Source: Pocillopora damicornis
Lineage: Eukaryota
DNA: 64,000 bases
Reading direction: 5' to 3'
Assembly: GCF_003704095.1 (NCBI RefSeq)
Contig: NW_020846492.1
Span: 248,001-312,000, forward strand
The notes under the pieces are model-generated. The model was not told where the DNA came from, did not search any database, and worked only from the letters and a program-made list of their open reading frames with translations. Every line of letters begins with the position of its first letter. The stretch's first letter is position 1. This document shows, piece after piece, positions 25,288 to 38,300 of this stretch. Both the position numbers and the translations under genes were made by a program.

Positions 25288-27368
25288 AGCTTGATATCAA
25301 ATCGCGCTCTCAAAATGTAAATTCAAAAATATATCAACCTTGTTATGCTTGTGCTATTGATTTTGATCAAAACCCTGAGATCGGTTGACGTATTGAAATT
25401 GTCAACTTTGCCACAAATTTCAAACATTAGTAATTTTGCAAACATCTTTCTCTACTCATCCACCAATCAGACGACGACAAATTGAAATAATTTTTAGTTC
25501 TAAAAATTTATTTGTTGGTGGTCTTCCTCAGCTGTCGTAATAGACAAATAAATGGTCGAAATGGCACCAAGTGGAGTCCAATTCGGCTTGTAATCATACG
25601 AAAGATTAAAAAAATCGAACCACCGCTTTGCGGGAGTCCGACTCGATAATCGCGCGAGTATGGCGATATTCCCCACGAGCAGGCGCATATTATTGGCGCT
25701 GCGGGACGCGCATTTCTCCGCCCGCGGGAGGATTTGAGACGAGTAAGGGAGAGGATTTACAAGGGTTTGGCACTAATATGAGTACCAGACCCCTTGTCGG
25801 ACCTTTCGCCAGCTCGCATTGCTTAGTATTCATATTTTCCTGCGGGCGAAGAATCACTCTTGCCGAAGCCCAGATAATAAGGGCCTGTTCATAGGCTAGA
25901 ATAATGTAAATGATGACGATGAGGGCACAAATGAGGCCACTGATGATCAATCATATTTGAGAGTTTTATTACCGTTTTGACTTAGTACAGAATATTTCTT
26001 CCTCGTCACTACAAAAAGGATGGCGCTTTCTGTAACAAAACAAATTACACTGCGGTTACTGTTACCAGAATCACTCCCTCAAAACTCAGCAACTCGATTA
26101 CAGGAAACCTGAAATGAGTTTCAACTAAATTCTCTGCCATCTTTCCTTGCCTTGATCTCAAACACTGATTGGCACAGTTGACAGATTTAGCTGGAGTCAC
26201 TGTCCGGTTCGCTTCCAACAATTTGATTAGTTAATTTTGTTGAAGTGACTCAGTAAAAGTAAAGGCACTTGAACCTACAAGCTAGTTAATGCAACAGAAT
26301 GTTAAGAACTAAATTACAACTCTTTGAGTCACTTTGATTGCGTAGGATATAAAAACTTTTTTGGAGCAGACTAACACCAACGAGTAAAGAAAGAAATACG
26401 AGGTTAAGAATGAAAAAACATTTAGCTTAGCTCTTCAAGAGGCAAAATCCATGACGTGGCTTAGAATATAAATGACTAAGCAACCAGGTTTCGTTCGTCA
26501 GAGTCATCCTAGATCGGCCATGCATATTCTGGGGACAATAGCATAGGATCTGATTCCTGCTCTTCTTTAATGCACTGATTTGGGGTATGAGAAGTTGACT
26601 TACAATATACAGTAGATATTTCCTAATCTTGGTGGACTAATCTTTCAGGTGCACCTGATTGAACCGTCCTATCATTTTGCCAGCCATTCAACAAAAATAC
26701 TACGAGACAAATGTAATACTCTATTTACATTTTTGACTTCTCTTGAATTTTACAAAAGCAGAAAAAGAAGGAACTTTCAAAACCTCTTTCATCCTTCTTT
26801 TATTTCCAGGCGAGTTAGTCAGTTCTACAGCACGTTGTTCACTATAAATAAATGTTTCCACTTTTCTGGATTGAACTTCCACAGCTGCTGAGTTACAAAT
26901 TGGTAAAATGAAAAAACTCAACATTATTTCAGAAGCGTACTTTGTTGATTTCGCTGTACGGATCCGACTCTTCCGATAAAACTCTAACCGGTGAAAATAG
27001 TGTTTATAGTATGCTGAGGTGTGACTTTTTAAACCCTTAAGGTTGCTGCACTTGAAGTAGAAGATACGTTATACATTTGTGTCTTTTCGACCGGGTCACA
27101 TTTACATCTCTAGTGACTAAAAATTCGGATTGTAAATCGGAGCGAGTTCGTACATGGTCTTTCCCAAAGCTTTCCAGAAGACGCTTTCACATCACATTCG
27201 ATTGATACACAATTCTCGTGCGAGCCTGTCTCAACATCGTCTTTTCCACCAACTACAAGGTACTAAACGCAAATTTATCCACTTTCTACCAAAACGCGTC
27301 AAGCTTACTTCATGGCCAAGTTGTGATGTTTCTCGCGTACAGCCGAGTGACGACACTTTTGACAGTTT

Positions 27369-29255
27369 TTAGCTCAGCTCAAATCCTGCGCCTGATTCTA
27401 CAGCATATAACAGTTTCTCTTTCATGGTTTCGTCGTCCAAATACTCTGGTAACTTAAGTAAGTTCATACATGTACTGGCTGACGGGAGTCTATCCTCAGG
27501 CCCCGCGCTGTGCACACAGAAGGGAGGGTGGAGTTCCTGAAGGAAAAAGAGAAAATAATAAATAAAAAAAATTTTAAAAATTAAATAGACGTTACATTTT
27601 AGCAGTGACAGATTCACGAAATGGTTCTTCTCGTCCACTGTTTCCACTTCGAAGTGCAACGTAGAATGTTGCTCTCTTTTTCTGGAACGAAAAACTGGAG
27701 ACAAACCCTTGCAACATGAAAGAGAACTAACAACAATGAATCGAACCCAGGCTTCAACAGTGAAAGGCAAGCGCTCTAACACTGCGTCATCCCTGCTCCC
27801 CTCGATAAGTAATGTAAAGGAAAGACAAGAATGGAATCAAGGTACTCTTTACCTACTTCACAACTTGATGGAGGATATACCCCGCCCGTGCCACTTAAGT
27901 AAGAGTAGGATCAAGAGACTTAGCTGACCTTAAAACCGAGGAGTGGAGGACGCGAGCAGCTCGTTACGAATTTCAACAGCTGACGCTTCTGTGTATCCGT
28001 GAACTGACCGACAACTCGCCAAAATGAAAGCATACAAGGATGGTCTTCCGTAAAGCCACCTGAAATGTTTAAGAGTTGTTAATAACTGCAATCTTTCTCA
28101 GGGCGATCATCAAAATTCATGTAAATCTTCTTCACCCTAAACTATCCTCCTTCCGTTTTCATTTAGTCTTTTCAGATTGTTGTTAGTCTAACTTATCAGA
28201 CAAATATTTTTTGTTTTCCTGATATTTTAGGAAAATTTGCGAATCGCAAACAATGACTCTCACGTGCCCTTCTGTTAATAACCCTTCATGTTGTGACTGC
28301 CGATCTGAGAAACAACATAACGAAACAACAAAACGAACCAATGAGATCTCAGAGTAATTTCACGTAACCATCACCAGTTAACATGACCATCCTACCAACA
28401 GTCTTGTACCTGAATAGTTTGTGTTTCTTTTAAGGTCCTCCAGGTCTACTGGAACTAAGGCACCTGATATAAGAACCTACACAAAAAAAAATAAATAAAA
28501 AGAAAATATAGGTAGGTAGCTTGATGCCAAGGAGAAAACAAAATTCTTAAATATAAAACATGGTTTCACAGAATTCACTGACAAAAAGACTCGAACCATT
28601 CTTTTTAAAAACTTTATCTGCATATTAACTCTTTAACCCCTAACAGTGATTAGTAACTATTCTCTCCAATCAGCATCACCCCCAAAAGCAAACATTGAGG
28701 TCATGAGAATAAAGGAAATGATCACCGGCCAACTAAAGAAGCTCTTGATTGTTAAACAAATTCTCTCTGTTAGTACCATAGAAAATGTATAAGGAACAGT
28801 CTGGAGAAAATGTATACTGAAGTTAGGAGGTAAAGGGTTAAGAGACAAAATCACCTGTAGTTCGTTGTGATCAAACATCCTTAGCCAGTCTAGGTTGATG
28901 ACATCTGATAGGCCTGCCCTGAATGCTACACAGTGACGATGAATCTAAAACAAATGGCAACAGAGAGATTACATTAACTTCTCAAGTTTGCCACAATCAA
29001 GCCAAGTGTAAAATAACAACATAACAAAATATGGGTGTAAACAAAGCCACCGCTTTTGATAACAAGACAAAATAAATATGTGGTAAAAAGAGACTTTTCG
29101 GACTGACCTGTTTGTTCAGCCTGTAGTCGGCCACAAGATGAATATAACTGATTCTGTTGCTGGTGGTGACAGGAATATCTCGACCACCTGGTTTTAACTC
29201 CACAACCTGTAAAGCAACGATAGAGAATGGCCTCAGAGGCATGAGCAGAAGGGAG

Positions 29256-29301
<46 letters not shown>

Positions 29302-32300
29302 GAGGTAAACCAGCGTCGCATTTAAGTTTGGAAGGTGGGGAGGGAAGGGTGTTTCAGGAGAGTAAAAAAATTATATGAAAGCTAGCAGCTCGAATTACCT
29401 GGCTTTCTCCAAGGTCATTATTCACCACTGTGAAATTTAGTGACAGTTCTTCGACATTTCCACTGTAATTTTTAAGAAACAGCAAGTTTCTAAAAGAAAA
29501 AAAAGTAAAGAATACATAAATATTTCCTTTTCTTTACACCACAATAAATAGTAGAAATGTTAGAGGTAAGTCTCTAACTTCCAGGGCACTTATCTAGCAA
29601 GGCTAGGATACCTGTGGGGGATACCTGTAGGATACATGTTTTGAATCAATCGTCACAGATTTTTAAGAAGCTTTCCACAAGAATGACTTGAAGCCTACGA
29701 TAAATTTCGGCTCTTAACCCTTTAACTCCCGTGAATGATCAAGACAGAATTTCTTCTCACAATATCAATACACCACCAAGCAGACAAGTGATGAGAATAA
29801 GGAAAATTGTCAATTTGGGGACTATAAATTGATCCAAAGATAAATTGGAATAATAAGAATAAATAAGAATTGTATGACAGACAGTAATATGAATTATTAT
29901 CGAGATCTGGGAGTGAAATAGTTAAGTCAATACAGAGGTAGGCTTTCTGTAACAGCTCTATTTATTTTACGTTACACATCAAGTTATCCCACCTTAAAAT
30001 ATTTCTAGTTTACCTTTCTAGAGACATTTCATGATTGTGACTAAGATCTTGAATTCTTCCAAGAAATCGTGCATGAACTAAATCTCAGTTTTCACGATAA
30101 TTTCGACTATCATCCTCGCCTTTTCCTTGCTACACAAACTAACTAAGGCTCTCTGTGCCAATTGTCCGTTCAACATAAACCTCACCTGTACATTTCTGGA
30201 TCAAGGGACTCCAAGTGATGTATATCTACATCGGTACCGTGCTTACTGAGAAGTTTACACAGAAAGAAGCTCGCGAATGGTAGCTCTACCAACATGTTCT
30301 CATACAACGCCTAAATAAACAAACAAACAAATAAACCAATCGCAAAATATTGACATCTCGCAGTGCGATAAGTCATAGAATAATTCTTAGCAAGCACTCT
30401 TGTGATTCTCAACAAATCGCGTTAATCGATCGGACTTTGAGACTCGTTGGAAAGAAGTGAAAAGAATGAGGTTTGTTCTCATTGATTAGCTGAGTTTCCT
30501 GTGCCACTTTTACTATCAGCATCACTCACACAAAATCAACCAATCAGATTACGGTGATTCCGACTAAATCATTCCATTGTGCTAATCATTACTTAACATC
30601 AAAGGAAGCGATGACAAAGAACTTAGATGGAATTCTTTGCTCGTTTCCCATATTTGGTCAATTTTGTGTAACCTTTGTAAAATAAGCTGCAGCGTAAGAA
30701 TAAGTCTTTTGAGCCGGGTTAAATCAAATAAACAGATTAGCGAAGACAACACAAAAAATGTTCCGAAACCGAAGAGAGAGAAGGAAAAAGGAAAAAAAGT
30801 AATAACAAAAACAACCAAATGAACAAAATTTAAATCAAACAAACAAATAATCAAGTTAAACTTATGAAAACCACAAAGGGTGATTTAAAAAAAAGTAGGA
30901 CTAACCTTTCCTAACATTCGTCCCAGAAAATGATAGTGTTTCAGATAATTCCTCTCTAAAATAGCAGCCTGGGTAAAACAAAACATACAAAAATACTAAA
31001 AGACCTGCATAATTTAGTGCTGAAGCTCCTAACAATATCGACACAGCCTCTGGTAAACAGGTAATGAGAGTATAACAGGGTATTTTAGTATTATCAACTG
31101 AGTTGATACCGTAAATTTGCTACTGTAAAGAGTTTAAAAGCTGACGTTTCGATTATTAGCCCTTCGTGAGAGCGATTGCTCGCAACGTCAGCTTTTAAAC
31201 TCTTTACGGTGGCCAATTTACATTATCAACTCAGTTGTTAATACTAAATTACCCTGCTATACTCTCCCACCGACGCAGCACCACAATTTCTTTAGAAACT
31301 AACCCCCCCTTATTTCTTTAGGTAATGAGAGTAGACAAATTTATCTGCAAGAAGCGGTTATCTTGATGTAACACCAAATTCTCTGAACTAAATTACAAGT
31401 AAATGTGTAGGGCATAAATGAGAGAATTACCAGTCAGAGCACAAACATACCTCTGGTTTGGGATAAAGGAGTCGCTCATGTGTTGCCTTGAAGAAACCGA
31501 TGTTAGGATCAAATCCAGCTTTGAGCAACTGATTTAAAAATTCCCTGTATGAAAGGAGTGCAGGAAATGAAAAAAGGCGCGTATGATTAAATCAGATTAA
31601 ATCGTTAAGCAAGAGTAGTTAGAGGGGCTTATCAAAAATATGTCCGGCGATCTAAAGTTTTCGTGGCCGTCATTTAAAATCCGTTTCAATCTTCTCAATC
31701 CTTAACCGTTCTCGTTCCTTTTTGTTGTCTCTTTTTGTTTTTTAATCCCAGCAGACAATTATTTCAAGACGTTTTTCTACATTAAGGCTTTTCGTACGAA
31801 ACTAAAATAAGTCAATAAATCATGACTTAGTTCTTTTAGGTGATGTAGCAATAGCTTTTGGGAGAGAGAGTATCAACAGCAAAGTGGTACGTGCATGTGT
31901 CTCAGTATGTATGTCGTGCTACGTCTCCAACATTCCATTTTCATTACGAACACACTTCATAAATTCTCAACGTTTGACAGAGGCATCAAAACCTCTTTCC
32001 ACAGAATATCGATTCTTCCAAGTACAGATCGAGAGAATATAAAGTTTTTCATTAGTCAAAGTTAATCTCTCACCTGAAAATTCCGCCCCCATCCACTCCT
32101 GCTTCCTCCAGTCCTTGGGCATTTATCATCCGAACGCGAAGCTTTTGTCTTAAATTTGGTGCTGTTAGAGGAAAAGTAGCCACAAACTATAATGAGGTGT
32201 TTGAGTAAAATAGATACTATCCTACACAGAAGACAAAATATATTTTAACCCTTTAAATTCCATGAGTGACCAAGACAGAATTTCTCCTTACAAGATCAAT

Positions 32301-35300
32301 ACAATATCAACCAGATAAGTGATGAGAATAAAGAAAAATATCAATTTGGGAATAATAAGTTGATTGAACACTAAATTCTGTGAACTAGCATTATAAGAAT
32401 TGTATGGTTGACAGTAAGGAGAGTTACAAATTTGATCTGGGAGTTAAAGGGTTAAATATAGCCGTTATTCGACGACGAACCGCAAAATTTACCATCTCCC
32501 TCACCCTGTGTGTACACTGAACATTGACTATCATTAGACAGGACACTTGTCACGTATGAAACTGGAAGATAAACTGGCTCACTAACGAGTTCCCTGAAGC
32601 TTAGTTGTAGAGCATCCGCGAAATCTTTAGATCTGATGTTCGTTGAATTTTGGGAACTTACACTTTTTTAAATGTCTCACGTTCGTGACTAAAGCTTACA
32701 TATTTCTCTAAGTTTAAACGTTTGGCTAATTATCTCTACCGACCTTTGTCTTCGGTCAGCTGATCAAAAGCATCTTGATAGATGTAGTTTCTGTTCACTG
32801 TCACATCTATGGCTGGTCCCATCATAAAGTTATGCAGCTCTCCCTGGGAATCCAAACGATTTTTTGCGACGATTCTCTGGAGTAACTAGGAAACAAAACA
32901 CACCAATTGTGAGCGAACCTTAACATATCTCCCTTCTACGTATTTTAGCACCCTTCTCCATGAAGTATCGTAAATCTAAAATAATACTGATCAAAATTAT
33001 TAGCCAATCAGATCAAAGGTATCTGTCAAAGTAAATGGCGGGAAAAAGCAAGTCGCCATTGATTTGGTTTTGTATCTGATTGGTTGTGCAAGTTTACTAA
33101 CAAGTGCAATCTCAGATTATTTTTAAGGCTGTATGAAAATTGCTCTTAAATCGTTTACAAAAGAAACCTCACCTTAACTCGGTCTTTAAAAGGAACAACA
33201 AACGGAATGTACTGAAGAATGGCCATGTTCCTAGCTGTGCTGGAAGATAGAACTCCTTCTACGGTACCTTAAAGCAAACAATGGATGAAAGGTGAATCCT
33301 TACATCCAAAAGAGACAGACGAACTAACACGGATAACATCTATCCCTTAAAACGATAGTACACAAGAACAGGAGGGCCATTAATTTCCTCGCAGTTGTTC
33401 TTTACGACGGGAGCGTTGTCTGAAATTTCATAGAATGGCTGCGAAGGGGGCCAGAACACCTGAACTAGAAGGCTATCTGAGTGCGCAGAATTTTTCTGGA
33501 AATTTTCCTGCTTGTTCGCTAGGTCTGCCAAAAAACCATATCTTAAGCCCATTTCAACCGCAACCGCACTTAAAAATGGGATTTGTGCCCTCTAAAAAGC
33601 ATCTGAATATGTGTCCCCTTAGCTCATATAGATAATCAGACGTTTGCCACCGTTAAACGTGAACAAAGAATCGCAAGTTACCTTCTTCATTGAGAAAACC
33701 GTCAATTTTCATCTGTTCAGAGGATAAAAACGAATAATATCAAGTTAAACGGTTTAAAATTCTAAAACGTTCAAGAATCTCAACCTTTAAATGAGGAAAT
33801 CTTTAAGAACACAAGCAAATGACCAAATGAGACAATCACAGAACAAGAAGCCGGCAGAAGAAAACGATTTTGAGTCAAGAAGGGCTTTACTCCTACCTCC
33901 AAATTGGTTAGAAAAAACATTTTTTCAAGATTTTCCAACTACTGAACAATTTCCTCATAATTGGTCAAAAACAAGTACAAAGAATCGGAAAGTTAAGCTT
34001 TCTCAAGGTTGTGAAACTACAATTACAACATTACTACGAGACGAAAGACTGAAACATAAAAAATAGGGACCTGAAATTAAATTTGAATGCTCAATTTTTT
34101 TTAAACAATCGAGCATCCGAAAAAATAAGAATCCTCTCTACCTGTGCTGGGTCTATGTTAACTCTGTGTGACAGCCAGTGGCCTTCAGGACAGAACTGTC
34201 TCCTGGAGTCTCTTGAATGGAGCTGCCGAACAAGGCAGGTCACGTCCTATTGAGGAGGAAAACAACTTTTATGTCAAAGAACAGTATAATCATGGGCAGA
34301 AAATTAAGGAATTTATCATAAATGTACATTATAGCTTAGCCGGATACACGGCGTACACCTGTAGTGAACATACTATTATAGTGGTTGGTAACAGGCACTA
34401 TGTTTGAGCTGTTTTGTCTTGTCTTAGAATACAGAGATCGTTACCCTCGTCTGAGCTCAACACAGACTACAAGTCCAAGATCACAATCACTATACCAATG
34501 CATGAAAATTTACCTTCACAAATACTGGTTTACCGGCAAATTAACATTACACTTAGGAGGGGTCATTGGGGTCTATTAAAAACCACAAAACCGTTGGAAA
34601 AAATCATCCAAAACCACAAAACCGCAAAAAAATGATAAAAAACCGAAAACCGCATGCAAAACCGTTGAAACCGAAAAATTTTCACATCCCAGTTATCAAA
34701 ACCATAATCGATCCGATACAGAGTTGACGAATGGAGCAAAACGGGGATTTGCGGCTATGAGAGATCGGTGGGGGAGAAAAGTGCCGCTCAGATTGAAGAG
34801 GAACCAGAACCCAAATAGGAAAAACCGGAAAACAACTTCGAATACCAAATCCGAAAACCTATTAGTAGTTTTGACGAAAACCGATAACCAAATGCTAAAA
34901 AACAGACAATCCGCAAACCGCAATGAATACCAAAACCGCAAAGTTTTCTGACACAAAAACCGAAAAACCGATTTAGAAAAAAACCAAAACCGCAAACTCG
35001 AAAATCCCAATACTCCCCTCACTTAGTCTAATTTTACCAGCAATGCATAATCATGCGAAACATCCATAAGAAAACTGAGCAGAGTGCTGGAGAAACGCTG
35101 CAATGCTCGTCAGAAGGGGATGACTCTACACTATCATAATGTACCAACCTTTAGAAGTTTGATCCACTTTTCTTTGGGATAAAACTCATCTTTTTTCATC
35201 AGGGCTGACTTAGCTCCAACACTCTTCATAGCAGCAAGGTACTGCCCTGTAAAAGCTGGGCTTGCGTCTGGGTAGATAATCTCGATTATTCCTATCACAA

Positions 35301-38300
35301 CAGTACACAAGACTGAAGACATGTGCTCGATTTCTTTGAGAGAAAATGGCATGAATGAACTTCTTTGACCTGAAAAATATGACAAACTTATGTGAGTAGA
35401 GCTTGAAAAATTGATAATGTTACCACTATCCAAACATTACTCGATTGAAGGTTATAATTATAATGGAAATATTTCCGGATATTGCATGGAGGTAGGATAA
35501 CTTACAGACTTTACCTGTCTGCCTATCCCTCTTTCTGATTGTCCTTCTGTCTGTCTTTCTATCTCTCTGGCTGTGTGTGTCTGTTTGGCTGTGCGTTTGT
35601 CTGTCTATCTGTCTGTCTGCCTATCTGGCTGCTTGCTTGTCTATTATTTCTATTTATCAATGTTAACATTGGCTCACTATTTGATTGACTGATTATACAT
35701 AATGTACAGTTTACTTTCAATGCCATGTGAAACTGTTCAATTTATTCCTAGCTGACTCACCAAAAAATAATTTTCTGACACATAGTAAGGCATTGACTAC
35801 CTGACTGACTGACTCACTAACACACTGATCCATTCAATGACTAACTGATTGTTAGTTTCTACACCATGCACATGTATCCACTTTAATTTATTTCAATTTT
35901 ACTTTCTCAAAAACGTTTGGCTAATGCTTTACAGCTAACCTTCTACTCCATAAAATTCATTGTCATGAACAGAAAACAAAGTACTGCTTAGTAGTGATGA
36001 CAACAAAGATAACAGTGGAGTAACAGCACTGGCTTCTTGTGTTGAAAGATCTCTCCCACGACATATGAGATCTAACAAGGGGATTTCTTTCCTGTTTGAA
36101 AACAAAAAAACAGAAAATGAAAAAATTAGCAGAGAGAAAGAAGAAATGTCAGATTTAGATTAAAATTTGAAACATATATGTAGGCAAGTAGAAATACATC
36201 TTCTAGAATGTATGTCAAAATAGAATTTTCCACAAACAAACTTCCACTCTCGTTGTCTTTTGCTTTTAAGTGAAAAATTTGGGTCCTATCACAAGTACAC
36301 AGCTGAAGAGCACAAATACATCCTATTAGGCCAAGGCTTAAGCAGAAAAATATTCTAAGAAAAAGAATTCAGCTCACCATTCAAACTGATCATTGCACTG
36401 CCTTGACATTTCAACTTACCCTGTATTGGTAAAAACTGTGACTGACTGTACATTGGTCCAGAGTTCTCTTACAAATGCTGGACTCAGTGCCAGAGTGTAT
36501 AAAAGCCTAGTGTACGAAGAAAACAATGGAAAAATAAACTAGTTGCATGCTGAAAAATGCATTGAATAATCAATAAGTGTATAATATGTAAAGATAAACC
36601 ACACTGCCCATTCTTCATTAGTAAGCTACAGTGTGTAGTTCTTCACATAGTTCAGGGAGCCTACAATGCCAGTGGTTGTCTCGGGTTTTATAGCATGTGT
36701 GAGTATGAATACTGATATTCCTCCATGACCCTGACAGGAAGCTCACAGTAACTTACCCTCCTATTCTCAAAAATCTTTCTTACTGTTCACTAGCTCACAT
36801 TCCTACCCCCTGGTGGAGATTGCCACTATCAAAATTTGTATTGTACCCAATAACACAACATAATGATACACCTTTGGCTTGAATATTGAGCCTTGATGCC
36901 ACAGCATCCCCAGCAATACTCATTAGAAGCTAAAGGTTTTGACTCTTATCTCCAACTACAGACCTAGTCTTGTGTATTGGCAGTCTGCTCTCAGACATCA
37001 AGAAATGACAAATGTTGCAAAGTGCTCTGATAACTTCTTCCTCATAAGCTAGTTCTTTGTGTCTAGAAACAAATGAAAATATGAAATCATTATTTAGCTA
37101 TTTGTTCAAGCTTTCAACATCACTCTAAATTCAAATTTTTGAAGCTGTTAAAATTATCTAGGGAAAAACAGGTTAAAATGACCTCATTACATTGGTATAC
37201 CTTGTTAAAAGTGATTCCAAAGTCTTTACATGATCCTTAGAATCAAGGATATCCAAGCATTTTTCTTTCAAGTCTTCTAAAGATGACTGTGAAATTAACA
37301 ATTTTCATTTTATTTTAAGTTAGCAGTGAGTAAATGTAAAGTACAATGCAGTTAGTAAAAACAAATCAAATCCAGATCAAAATAAAACTTACAACTACAT
37401 AACAGTTGGAGGAGTATCACTCAACAACTTCCTTTAGAAAAATGACATTACAAGTATGCATGTTCCTTGTCAGAAAGAAATTGAATTTCTTAGGAATACT
37501 ATGTAGTACAAAATAAAGGTAAGACTTGGGTGAAAAAATTCCCTACTTGTTGAATTTCTAACAATACTACAATGTACATCCATTTCCATTGCATACAAAT
37601 GCAATTAAGAATTTTTACTTGCCTGTGAAGAATCTATCTCCATTTCAGGATCACTGTCATCTTCATCATCTGACATTCTAGAAACTGGAACATTCAAAGA
37701 GGAGACATGTAAATGTATGCATACCATATTACTTTAATTCAGCACATAGCTTTACAAAGATGATCTGTTTTATCAAGAACAAAAAGAATTTCTCATTTGA
37801 GCAAATTAGCAACTTATATTGTTTTTCCAAACCCCACTGAGATTATCAAATTACAATTAAAGGGAAATATTTGGTGAATTCTTGTAGTTTAAGTCAATCG
37901 GAGTTATTTGAATGAAAAATTTGTAGTGAAAGTTGTTTACCTGGATGAGGGAGCTGTACCAACAACATTTGTAGAACTTGAATATAGCATTTAACTACAG
38001 GCAAATCTGAAGTTGATCCTGGAGATAGAACATGGTTGGACATTAGGCTCAATTCTTTTTTAAACCTGAGTCTCTTTCTTTTTACAGACAGTATTTCTGG
38101 GAATGCTTGTACACATAGCAGACTGCACATGAGACTTAAACTTTTAAATCATCAATCAATTCCAGTGGTTTATTGCATCTTTCAGTTAGTACATGTGCTA
38201 TTACTGGTCACTTTAACAAGCTATATTTCATTGTAGATGGAAGGTTTTTATTTTGAATTGAAATCTTTCCCCTCTATTTAAACTCAGAGAGGAAATAAAA

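Noticed and set aside
28974-29321. Poly-proline ORF
   Set aside because: Translation of the intronic poly-G run overlapping a UBE3C exon in a wrong frame.
34696-35022. ORFs and short repeats resembling an array
   Set aside because: These are the AAACCG subterminal repeats of a MITE. There is no constant repeat-spacer periodicity, so it is not CRISPR.
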